A stretch of DNA of 64,000 nucleotides from a virus (lineage: Duplodnaviria; Caudoviricetes), in IMG/VR virus record IMGVR_UViG_3300033074_001674, positions 64,001 to 128,000 of that record; one strand, 5' to 3'. Below, piece by piece: positions 9,254 through 18,114 of the stretch (positions are counted from its first letter, which is position 1; every line of letters starts with the position of its first letter). A program made the translations under genes and the position numbers. The notes under the pieces were generated by a model. It searched no databases, had not been told where the DNA came from, and saw nothing but the letters and a program-made list of their open reading frames with translations.

Positions 9254-10466
9254 TGAATTTTTCTCCCCAATTATGTCCACCATGTATTGTTGAACTATTC
9301 AACAATCTCATATGAATTAACGGCCTACCTATATAGGTAGAACTTATATCTTTGTGAGAGTATTCGAGTAAAGGCTTGATATGTTCTGGATTTCTCATAT
9401 ATGTTGTTTTGAAGTAGCCGCGCGATATTCCAAGCTCAAACCATGCCACAGTAAACCCATGCTCTATTTGGAGCGTGAGCGCCCTGCCAGAAATATAGTC
9501 AGAGCATTGCTTCATTAGCTCAGTTCTCATCATTGAGATTGGAAACTCCACAAACCAGTTATTTCTAAAACTATCATTCCTAATCCATAGGACATCTTCA
9601 TTATTAATAGGCACAAATGATTCTTGTTTCCTAACTTCCCAATCTATTCTTTCTCTATGTGCCTCTATATTATATCCTCCGGCCATGAATGATAAAATGC
9701 CAATATACCTTCCACAATGCTCTAATTCGTTTATTTTTTGCATGTCTTGCAATGTTGGTAATTTGTCAACCGTAGCATCATCTTCTGAATAAAGCACCCA
9801 TGGGGTTTTTACTAGACTTAACGCATCTCGCTGATTTTTTACCATTCCTCTACGTTTGGCAGCTATAATTACCCAATTATTACTCAATGCATATGTCACG
9901 AGGGACGCCGGAACACCTTCTCCAAAGTCATCTAAAGATAATATCTTATCACCAAAAACATCGGTTAGTGCAGCATCTATATTTGTCAAGACCTTGTTGA
10001 GATTATCCAGTCTGTTCGGTAAAGTCGTACCAATTACAACTATGCTGGCCATTTTAGCCTGGTTTTGAGATTCTCTACCAACGATATATTGAAATTCCGG
10101 CGAATACACATGAAATACTAGGGATTGCGGAACATATTTGCCAGCAGCAATCTCCCTATATTTAGAGAGGTTAGCCATATGTTTTGAAAGGTCATCTTTA
10201 GAGCGGATTCCTATTTTTGCATAGGCTCTAAGGCCAGCCCCTTTATCTACGAAATACACAAAAGATTTTGCAAATTGCACATCTTCTGATGTGGCAGGCT
10301 GATAATCTGCTATGTCAATACCTATTAAATTGCGGTACTCCCATATGCGCTTAGATTCTAGGCATAGTTCGTCAAAAGAAAGCCCAAGTTCTCTTTGATA
10401 ATCTGACGGCGGCGCCCCTGTGTCATATAAATGTACGAAGAGCCTAGCCCAATCTTTGCTATCCAT
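9243..10466 (-). CDS. putative glycosyltransferase (GT-A) with N-terminal tandem repeat
   Basis: LSLDD, GMVKNQRDAL, WVLYSEDD GT2-like motifs in the C-terminal 270 aa. Confidence 0.6.
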   Translation of the reverse strand: MDSKDWARLFVHLYDTGAPPSDYQRELGLSFDELCLESKRIWEYRNLIGIDIADYQPATSEDVQFAKSFVYFVDKGAGLRAYAKIGIRSKDDLSKHMANLSKYREIAAGKYVPQSLVFHVYSPEFQYIVGRESQNQAKMASIVVIGTTLPNRLDNLNKVLTNIDAALTDVFGDKILSLDDFGEGVPASLVTYALSNNWVIIAAKRRGMVKNQRDALSLVKTPWVLYSEDDATVDKLPTLQDMQKINELEHCGRYIGILSFMAGGYNIEAHRERIDWEVRKQESFVPINNEDVLWIRNDSFRNNWFVEFPISMMRTELMKQCSDYISGRALTLQIEHGFTVAWFELGISRGYFKTTYMRNPEHIKPLLEYSHKDISSTYIGRPLIHMRLLNSSTIHGGHNWGEKFNDH

Positions 10467-10468
10467 TT

Positions 10469-10483
10469 CTCCCTACTAGGGAG
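10469..10483 (-). promoter_or_regulatory. hairpin sequestering the Shine-Dalgarno of gene 9243..10466
   Basis: Perfect inverted repeat CTCCCTA-G-TAGGGAG between the upstream stop and the ATG. Confidence 0.45.
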
Positions 10484-10488
10484 TAGAT

Positions 10489-11226
10489 TCACTTGAGGTC
10501 ATCTGACTCGGCAGATTCTCCTCTTTGGAGATGATATACAATTGAATCGTTGACCATTATATGTTTAAGTCCAAATTTTTCCCACAACTTATAAAAAGTT
10601 ATCCTATCTCCTGGTATGCCATTAGTATTCTTGGTCCATCCCCCAACAGACTTAAGAATATCTGTCTGGAACAAACTAGGCATGTATGCTCCAACGCCAA
10701 TAGAGTAGCTCTCCTCAGAGATGCCAGCAGCAAATTCCTCGAAATCATCTTTTCTGAAAGACTTGATTGTTTGACCAAAATTTTTGCCTATTAGCCCTGG
10801 TAAAGATGGCATTCTTTCGCTCTCAACTAGCCTGCTGGTTGGTATTACTAAATCTAATGGATACTTATTTAAGTTGTCAAGCCATGAATGAGTAAACGCC
10901 ATATCGCTGTTAACAAAGCAGATACGCTCTGTTTTACATTCATTTAAGGCTCTGTTCCATGCGTTATATACATTTTGTATCCACCAATCATTAGGGTTCT
11001 CATTCCTATGTACTACAACACGGATGTTGGCTCGTGCAGCTATCGCATTATTCCACGCATCGCTATTTAAGTAATCAACAACACAATCCCATGGGTCATT
11101 TGCTACAACAAGATATTCTACTTTTTTATCCTCAGCAACACGATTCCATACTCCTAACAATGAATTGAATACAAATTCTAAATATTTAGGATTAGCATAA
11201 ATTAGAGTAGCGACAGTAATTTTCAT
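10489..11226 (-). CDS. glycosyltransferase family 2
   Basis: LVVAND, AWNRAL, CFVNSD, VGGW, GD, VYH motifs. Confidence 0.75.
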   Translation of the reverse strand: MKITVATLIYANPKYLEFVFNSLLGVWNRVAEDKKVEYLVVANDPWDCVVDYLNSDAWNNAIAARANIRVVVHRNENPNDWWIQNVYNAWNRALNECKTERICFVNSDMAFTHSWLDNLNKYPLDLVIPTSRLVESERMPSLPGLIGKNFGQTIKSFRKDDFEEFAAGISEESYSIGVGAYMPSLFQTDILKSVGGWTKNTNGIPGDRITFYKLWEKFGLKHIMVNDSIVYHLQRGESAESDDLK

Positions 11227-11420
11227 AGGTTATCCCAATCTCTACTTACAACTTCAGCATGGGCTTTATCCATATATAGGATAGCTGCTTGAATACACAA
11301 GAAACATCTCTTCCAATATTTTCTTTCCTCTTCAGAATCCACGCAAATAGACATGGAGCGGGCTCTTACAAAAGAATCCAGCAGTTTGTCTTCAAGAACA
11401 GTCGTATATCTCACGCCCAA
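11223..11420 (-). CDS. small hypothetical protein
   Basis: ORF overlapping both neighbours. Confidence 0.5.
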   Translation of the reverse strand: MGVRYTTVLEDKLLDSFVRARSMSICVDSEEERKYWKRCFLCIQAAILYMDKAHAEVVSRDWDNL

Positions 11421-12556
11421 TTACTCCTAATAAATCGATTATGCCAAGGCTCTAAATCTCTATCGAAATCTCTATCAAGTCTTGCCAATAGGTCATCTAT
11501 GATTCTTTCAGATGCCCTGCCATCTCCTAGAGAATAACCCTTCACAGGATATTTGCCCCAAACCTTATCTGCTGCGCTTTCAATATCTAAGTCTTGCATC
11601 GCTACAATGCCGCTCTTAAATGTCTCAGGTCGCTCGGTGCACGGCCTAATCACAACGCAAGGAACGCTTAGTAGTGTGGAAGTCTCTTGATTAGTGCCGG
11701 AATCTGTGAATTCGATTGCCGCACCGGCTTCCAATGAAATAAATTCAAAAAATGGCAGCGGCTCTGTAAAAATAAACACGTCATCAAATCTGTGAAATTG
11801 CCCTTCCATTATTTGTTTAAGTCTTGGCATTACAGGCAAAACACACTTCATATTGTGCATTCTGCACCAATCTCGAACTCTTCCTATTGCGATTGGAGCC
11901 ACATCTCCTCTCATATTGGAATCTCTGTGTAATGTCATGAGGGCATATTTCTTGTATGGCAGGTGATATTTGCCACAGGCCATTAGTGGCTTAATTTTCT
12001 GTCCGTAGTGTTGTATCACATCAACTATTGTATTGCCAACCACGACTATCTTGGTGGGGCAAATACCCTCTTGAACAAGTCTACATTTGTGGTCATTATG
12101 ATATACATAGTAAACAGAGCTTATCCTATCTATGATAATTCTATTTTGCTCCTCTGGCATATCTAAATCATAAGACCTCATTCCTCCCTCTATATGACAA
12201 ATTGGTATTCTCATTTTCCATGGGACTAATGCTCCAATTACCGCATTAGTATCTCCTAAAAACAAACATGCATCCGGCCTGTCTTTAATAAAGACGTCTT
12301 CTAATTGAGAGATAATGCGTGAATGCTGGCTACAATGAGTGTTGCCACCGCAATCCAAAATAATATCAGGTCTTGTAACTCCCATTTCTTCAAAGAAGAT
12401 ATCCTTTAAATTATTATCATAATGCTGATTTGTATAAATGAACTGTAAGTCAATAAACTTATTATTTCTTAATTTATTAAGGATTAAAGAACATCTAACA
12501 ATATCTGGACGAGTACCTATAATCATGGCTAATCTAAACTTTTTAGACATTCCCAT
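11411..12556 (-). CDS. wecB: UDP-N-acetylhexosamine 2-epimerase (WecB/WbjD-like, non-hydrolysing)
   Basis: GTRPD, QHYD, LGDTN, HIEGGMRSYD..MPEEQNR, TLHR, TDSG..QE, TERPE, GDGRASERI. Confidence 0.9.
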   Translation of the reverse strand: MGMSKKFRLAMIIGTRPDIVRCSLILNKLRNNKFIDLQFIYTNQHYDNNLKDIFFEEMGVTRPDIILDCGGNTHCSQHSRIISQLEDVFIKDRPDACLFLGDTNAVIGALVPWKMRIPICHIEGGMRSYDLDMPEEQNRIIIDRISSVYYVYHNDHKCRLVQEGICPTKIVVVGNTIVDVIQHYGQKIKPLMACGKYHLPYKKYALMTLHRDSNMRGDVAPIAIGRVRDWCRMHNMKCVLPVMPRLKQIMEGQFHRFDDVFIFTEPLPFFEFISLEAGAAIEFTDSGTNQETSTLLSVPCVVIRPCTERPETFKSGIVAMQDLDIESAADKVWGKYPVKGYSLGDGRASERIIDDLLARLDRDFDRDLEPWHNRFIRSNWA

Positions 12557-13209
12557 TTTCTCCTTAAGTATAAATCTGTATCACTAATTAGGTAGTATCC
12601 TAATTCTTTAGATTTCTTTGCAATTCTCAAAGAATAACATCCAGATGGCTTAGTTATTTTACATCTAAAATTAGTATTCATCACCTTTGATATGAATAAT
12701 AAAAACATACTTAATGTTTCTTTTGTTCCTAAGATTTCTATTACTGGAACATGCGGAACATTTCTATCTTTTCTTATCTTGCTATAAACATGGACACATC
12801 CATCTCCATCTATATAGCCCCTTAAGAAATGTCTCATATTTTCATCATCTAAATTTGGGGCCACATATGTAAATGTCTTTCTTGGCGTTATATTAAAATT
12901 ATCGAAAAGGTCATTTATCAATCTATTAGAAAAAAGAACAATTTGACAACTCTCTGTAAATTTTACTATCCCTTTTTTAATGGATGAATAACTTTTTTGT
13001 TTTCTAATTTTAATTGGATGATTAGCTTCTATCTGCTTCTTAAATAATTCTAAGTGTTCAATGTCTTTTGTTGAAATCTTAAGTTTAAGAGCCTTCCTAT
13101 CAGACAGGATACATCCATCAGCCGCTATAAAACCTGCCCAATATGAAGAAATTGGATTTACATTTAAAAAAAATAATTCGTTAAATTTATATTTTCTTTT
13201 ATCTTTCAC
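12529..13209 (-). CDS. free-standing LAGLIDADG homing endonuclease
   Basis: YWAGFIAADG and FLRGYIDGDG motifs; AT-rich; overlaps both neighbours. Confidence 0.85.
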   Translation of the reverse strand: MKDKRKYKFNELFFLNVNPISSYWAGFIAADGCILSDRKALKLKISTKDIEHLELFKKQIEANHPIKIRKQKSYSSIKKGIVKFTESCQIVLFSNRLINDLFDNFNITPRKTFTYVAPNLDDENMRHFLRGYIDGDGCVHVYSKIRKDRNVPHVPVIEILGTKETLSMFLLFISKVMNTNFRCKITKPSGCYSLRIAKKSKELGYYLISDTDLYLRRKWECLKSLD

Positions 13210-14030
13210 AGAGTGCTCGCATATGGCGCTACTTCAGATAACATTTTATCTATATCTGATGGCTTCAGCCATTCTTGCCACTTTTTAATCGTTCTTAGAG
13301 TTCTATCACATGCTTCGGCAGCCATTGTAGGATGAACTTCTACATTCAAGTCAAATGCTGTTGCCATTTTAACCAATAAGTTATACTTATCGACATCTGT
13401 TGAATAAAGATTAAAATTATCAAATTGATACAGGTCTTGCTCGATAATCTTATCTATGCACTTTGCAAGCTCTAAGGTGGTAAGCCCGTTCCATTTGTGG
13501 TTCATAAAACCATCGACCTTGTTGCCGGCTTTACCAATGAGCCACTCCATTAATGAGCGCTTATTGCCATGCCATTCTGGTCCAATGATGCTTGTGCGAA
13601 TTACTAGGGAATTTTCTGGCTCTCCCAGACTTTTGCTCTTGCCGTATTCGTCTGTAGCGTTGTGCGGAATATTTTCCGTATACTTGCCGCGTAATCCGTC
13701 ATAAACACAGTCAGTCGTGATATGAATCAACTTTAGCTTTTGCTGTTCGCATTGGTCCGCTAATTTGCGAGGAAAAACCGCATTTGTATAGATGCTTAGT
13801 AGCATTTGGTCAAGACTTTTGAACTTCGGCTTGATTGCGCCAATACAGTTAAGAACATAATCTCCGGCAGACAATCCATATATCGCCACTCCAGCATCAT
13901 TTGGACTGTTGTAGTGCGCTCTAAAATTGTTCCCATTAAACCCTTGTACATCATATTTATCAAGGCTACGGAAGTAGCGCTCTGCCATTCCACCTAGCAT
14001 GCCTCCTGTGCCTATAATTCTGACTTTCAC
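13206..14030 (-). CDS. rmlD: RmlD-like NDP-4-keto-6-deoxysugar reductase
   Basis: GTGGMLG, NCIG, HITTDCVYDG, YGKSK, RTSIIG. Confidence 0.85.
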   Translation of the reverse strand: MKVRIIGTGGMLGGMAERYFRSLDKYDVQGFNGNNFRAHYNSPNDAGVAIYGLSAGDYVLNCIGAIKPKFKSLDQMLLSIYTNAVFPRKLADQCEQQKLKLIHITTDCVYDGLRGKYTENIPHNATDEYGKSKSLGEPENSLVIRTSIIGPEWHGNKRSLMEWLIGKAGNKVDGFMNHKWNGLTTLELAKCIDKIIEQDLYQFDNFNLYSTDVDKYNLLVKMATAFDLNVEVHPTMAAEACDRTLRTIKKWQEWLKPSDIDKMLSEVAPYASTL

Positions 14031-14461
14031 CTAAGCCTCACTATGCTATCATTTGATAATTTAATTCGTCCAGCCCTATTTGAAAATGTCCACCACCCCA
14101 TCACCGTTCCATGAATCATGTGTGGAATGGTCTTTTTAAATTCCTTGCCCCACATCTTGTATTTAATGCCATCTAAAATAGATATAAATGTAGCCTCTAT
14201 ACCTCCTCTTAGTTGGGAATATGAGACAAATTTTAAACAATCAAAAAATATACTATTACTTACATACTTAACTGTTCTTTTATCTCCCCACCAGGTTGAT
14301 GTAACATATGAATTATTTACTTCATCGAAGACAATGTTTAATTCCTTTTTTGGTGGCTTTTGACCAAAAGTTCTTCTAATCGCATGACCTAAATTGGCGA
14401 TATCAGCTTCCGACAATGAAGACCTTGCGATTCTCTCTAGTTCTTGTAGCTTTAAATCCAC
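14027..14461 (-). CDS. hypothetical protein (paralog of 14461..14955)
   Basis: ORF with similarity to the adjacent gene at both ends. Confidence 0.6.
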   Translation of the reverse strand: MDLKLQELERIARSSLSEADIANLGHAIRRTFGQKPPKKELNIVFDEVNNSYVTSTWWGDKRTVKYVSNSIFFDCLKFVSYSQLRGGIEATFISILDGIKYKMWGKEFKKTIPHMIHGTVMGWWTFSNRAGRIKLSNDSIVRLR

Positions 14462-14955
14462 TACTTCTCCATTACTAGCGATTGTACCCCGCCAGATTTT
14501 GTGATTGTAAATTTGCCAATAAGTATGCCGCTTCTAAAATAGCTTAGTAGTTTAAAAATATAAGCAGGAGTCAAAGCGTACATATCACCATCTACTATTG
14601 ATGTAGCGACTGCGAATGGGCTCCCTCCCCTACACCTCTCTAATTTTGGAGCTATCTCCACAGCATCGTAAAACGAAAAATTTTCTACCTCTCTAGCATT
14701 TTGAAATTCAAGACTGTTTCTTTTTAGAAAGGTCTTCTTTCTTCTGTACAGTGAGAATTCCCATTGTAGCTGGTTTAAATTTATTTGTCTTGGCACAAAA
14801 TTACCAACAACACATATACGTGGATATTTCTCGTGAAGAGAAGATGGCATTTGTTTACCATAATTTCTTCTTAGAAGATTAATATAAACTACAGCATCTT
14901 CTCTATTGCCTGAAAGCATAAATTGTCGCTCAGCCAATCGCACCTTTTCATCCAT
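14461..14955 (-). CDS. hypothetical protein (paralog of 14027..14461)
   Basis: ORF with similarity to the adjacent gene at both ends. Confidence 0.6.
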   Translation of the reverse strand: MDEKVRLAERQFMLSGNREDAVVYINLLRRNYGKQMPSSLHEKYPRICVVGNFVPRQINLNQLQWEFSLYRRKKTFLKRNSLEFQNAREVENFSFYDAVEIAPKLERCRGGSPFAVATSIVDGDMYALTPAYIFKLLSYFRSGILIGKFTITKSGGVQSLVMEK

Positions 14956-15383
14956 TATCTATTCCTGACTCCCCAAATTCCACTTGTAATATCCCACGGC
15001 AGCCGACCGTCATCCTGCTTGGCCTCTTCAAATGTTAATGTTGAAAGAACCAACAACTTTGTGTTATCCGTTAAACTTTCTGCACCATTCGCCCATCCTG
15101 CAGGAACTTTAAATAGACGCGGCCTCCTCGCACTTAAGATACCGGTAATACACTCATCAACATTAGAAAGATTAAGTCCGCCACACTTGACAGCGCCAAC
15201 AACACAATGTAGGTATGTATCTCCTCTAAGGTGTCCATGCCATGCGCGAACTTGACCACGGGAAAAATTTTCAACCATGTAGAGCCGTCTGATTCCAAAA
15301 TCCCCGATTCTATCAAGGATGCAATGTACGCTTCCCCTATCATCTTCATGTAGCGCCAATTCTATAAATTGAGGTTTATCCAC
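14955..15383 (-). CDS. RmlC/FdtA-like cupin, NDP-sugar epimerase/isomerase
   Basis: HEDDRG, VRAWHGH, VPAGWANG cupin motifs. Confidence 0.85.
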   Translation of the reverse strand: MDKPQFIELALHEDDRGSVHCILDRIGDFGIRRLYMVENFSRGQVRAWHGHLRGDTYLHCVVGAVKCGGLNLSNVDECITGILSARRPRLFKVPAGWANGAESLTDNTKLLVLSTLTFEEAKQDDGRLPWDITSGIWGVRNR

Positions 15384-16362
15384 CTGCCATCTCCTTGGCT
15401 ATTGTAGCATTATGAAATTTACTTAACCATGGATTTTTAATCCTGCCGCTCTGCAACATATCTCTCATTGTTCGAATGCCTTCTCGCAATGTTCTATTGG
15501 CGAACAGACCAAGGGATTTCGCCTTACTATTATCTACGCGATAATTTCTCAAATCCTCAAACTTACTATCTATAAGGGCAACTTCTGAGCCAGGTATTTC
15601 TTCAAGAATAATATCCGCAACCTCTTTGATTGTATAGTTCCCATGGGAAATTAAAACTACGCCTTTAAAATCTGAGAATACAGACTTTGTCATTAATTGC
15701 GCCACATCCAGCACATGTATAAGTGGTCTCCACTGTTCTCCGCCGAACACTGTTATTGGCTGTGCCTGACATGCCTTAAATGTTAATATATTAACTACAA
15801 GGTCGGCTCTTATTCTACCATAAGAAGTTGATGAGCCAAATAGAGTCCCTAACCTAAAAATTGCCCAATTAGTTAGTGATGATGATTTAATGGCATCTTC
15901 TGCGTTTAATTTTGTGCCAGCGTATAAACTTAGAGGCCTTACAGGACTAAGCTCATTTACGGTATCTGGAGATTCCCCGTATACAGATGCAGTTGACGCA
16001 AAAACTAGCCGCACATCCGGCTTACGCTTTTCAAGAAAGGTTACTAGTTTTTTTACAAAATTCTCGTTTGTTTCAACGGTTAGCTCAGGAAGCGCTTGAC
16101 AAGCGCCATCTCCAACTATTGCAGCTAGATGCACTATCGCACAAATATTATCAATTTCCTTGTCAAGCATGTTAAAAAAAGCATCACTATTTATATCAAT
16201 AAGACGAAAATCTATATTTGGTCTTAGATATACATCTTGATATAAAAGATTATCAATTGCTATCAGCTCATTTTTTTCACAAATGTCATTAAGAAATGCA
16301 CAAACGGCGTCACCGATGTACCCAGCCGCTCCAGTAACTAATATTCTTCTACCCTTCAACAT
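15376..16362 (-). CDS. NAD-dependent epimerase/dehydratase (extended SDR)
   Basis: TGAAGYIG, HLAA, FASTASVYG, YAGTK (YxxxK), WRPLIHV.D. Confidence 0.9.
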   Translation of the reverse strand: MLKGRRILVTGAAGYIGDAVCAFLNDICEKNELIAIDNLLYQDVYLRPNIDFRLIDINSDAFFNMLDKEIDNICAIVHLAAIVGDGACQALPELTVETNENFVKKLVTFLEKRKPDVRLVFASTASVYGESPDTVNELSPVRPLSLYAGTKLNAEDAIKSSSLTNWAIFRLGTLFGSSTSYGRIRADLVVNILTFKACQAQPITVFGGEQWRPLIHVLDVAQLMTKSVFSDFKGVVLISHGNYTIKEVADIILEEIPGSEVALIDSKFEDLRNYRVDNSKAKSLGLFANRTLREGIRTMRDMLQSGRIKNPWLSKFHNATIAKEMAGG

Positions 16363-16541
16363 GGTTTGCCTCTTAAAAAATACATGGCTCGCCTCTCATA
16401 ATATAATTTAGATTGATGATATATATTCTCGTCAGCTTTTATTATTTTTACAGGCCCATCGCAATAGCAAATTTTTTCTGATAATGGCATTATTTCTTTA
16501 CATGAACCGCATTGTTTAACGCGAAGAGCCATTAAGCACAC
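16356..16541 (-). CDS. small zinc-ribbon protein
   Basis: CxxC...CxC motif. Confidence 0.45.
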   Translation of the reverse strand: MCLMALRVKQCGSCKEIMPLSEKICYCDGPVKIIKADENIYHQSKLYYERRAMYFLRGKPC

Positions 16542-17313
16542 AGTAAATCAGCATTATAATCCCTAACATAAAGACGCTTGCGCTAAAATAAAACATTAAT
16601 GATTTTGCGGCAGCGACTTCTTCTCTCTTAGAGAGAAGATTAAGAACACCATTTTTCTCTAGCTCTTTCTTAATATCTCCCATAGAGATATATTCAGACC
16701 ATGATTGCGAAATAACCCCATCATTAACACGCGCTTCAACGACCATGCCAACTATCTCGCAATTAGCGTTAAATACTGCTGAACCACTAGCTCCAACCTC
16801 TATTGGCATAGAAGCTCTTTGTAGATTCTTTCTTTCCCCATATGACTGTAGCCCGAAATAAATATGTGGCTTATCACTTGCCAAAGGATGTCCTATAGAA
16901 TAAAGAGGGGCTCCAGCTCGCTCATTCTCAAATGACAGGCTTGAATGTATCCCTTTATAGGGCGTGTGGATAATTGCAATATCCATACTAGTGACGGATG
17001 CTGTCGTTGGCCATAACACTTGTGATGGATAGAAATAATCATTTGCGTACACCAACACGTATCGTTCAGATTCTGAAATTAGACCATCCTCATTAAGGTC
17101 TACAACGTGCTTGGCAGTCAATACATTTCCGCTCGGCAATATTATTCCAGACCCAGAGCTAATCGGCGTGTCTATTTTACACGTATTGCTTGTGGCCCTT
17201 GCAAAATCAAATATCTTATTTGAAGATAAATGTTTGTCGGCCAACATAGCCAAAATTAGGCATACTATCAAAGTTGAAAACACTGTAATTAGAAAAATCT
17301 TAACTGATTTCAT
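16516..17313 (-). CDS. membrane-anchored trypsin-like serine protease
   Basis: GSG, LTAKH (His), MDIAII (Asp), GASGS (Ser); hydrophobic N- and C-terminal segments. Confidence 0.85.
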   Translation of the reverse strand: MKSVKIFLITVFSTLIVCLILAMLADKHLSSNKIFDFARATSNTCKIDTPISSGSGIILPSGNVLTAKHVVDLNEDGLISESERYVLVYANDYFYPSQVLWPTTASVTSMDIAIIHTPYKGIHSSLSFENERAGAPLYSIGHPLASDKPHIYFGLQSYGERKNLQRASMPIEVGASGSAVFNANCEIVGMVVEARVNDGVISQSWSEYISMGDIKKELEKNGVLNLLSKREEVAAAKSLMFYFSASVFMLGIIMLIYCVLNGSSR

Positions 17314-18112
17314 TTGGTATCATCTCTTCTATTGGTGTTGCAAACACAGACCAAAAATCATCATCTGGAAGTTTGTATGAAAACCATTCCTGTTTTGATT
17401 TGGCCAACTTAAGAGTACTTTCATCTATTAGACGGTTAAGAGCCCAGCCATTTTGGCCATGCTTTTTATACATAATATACTTATCTATGATAGATTGATT
17501 TGATGAAAATCCCCAATGTATTATTTCTCCAGGAGCAAAAATTTCATTATCTGTAGCTCCTACTGGATAGTTTGTTAAATGTAGTCCTGGCTGAACATTA
17601 AAATGAAGTCCAGGAGTTAATTTCCACAATCTATTGAATACGACATCATTATATCCATTATCTACACGATAATATAACGGACTGCGCCACAAATTAATTG
17701 TGTGGAATGCGAAACTATTACTTGGAGCATTTAAACACATATCGTGTATTTTAGGAACCAAACTCTCATCTAGTGTCTCATCGGCATCAATCCGTAAAAC
17801 CCAATCGACCCCGTGCTGCTTGCACTTATCCAATTGTATTTGCTTGTGCGCCAATTCGTTTTTAAAATCGTTGCGCTCGCCAGCTATATAGTAAATTTCT
17901 CGCAGCTTTGCATCTACAGGAAAATCTGCTTCTATATATCTTCCTTTTGTCCACGCATCCCAGACATCAAAGATATAATCCCTAGTGCCATCAGTACTCC
18001 CATCATCATAAATACATATACTGTCGCAGTAATTAGCAATATGTCGCATATACCGTGGAAGGTTTCCATTTTGCAACTCCTGATATGTTTGAAGCATCGC
18101 ACAAAGATTCAT
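17300..18112 (-). CDS. glycosyltransferase family 2
   Basis: YDDGSTDGT, WVLRIDADE. Confidence 0.85.
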   Translation of the reverse strand: MNLCAMLQTYQELQNGNLPRYMRHIANYCDSICIYDDGSTDGTRDYIFDVWDAWTKGRYIEADFPVDAKLREIYYIAGERNDFKNELAHKQIQLDKCKQHGVDWVLRIDADETLDESLVPKIHDMCLNAPSNSFAFHTINLWRSPLYYRVDNGYNDVVFNRLWKLTPGLHFNVQPGLHLTNYPVGATDNEIFAPGEIIHWGFSSNQSIIDKYIMYKKHGQNGWALNRLIDESTLKLAKSKQEWFSYKLPDDDFWSVFATPIEEMIPNEIS

Positions 18113-18114
18113 TA

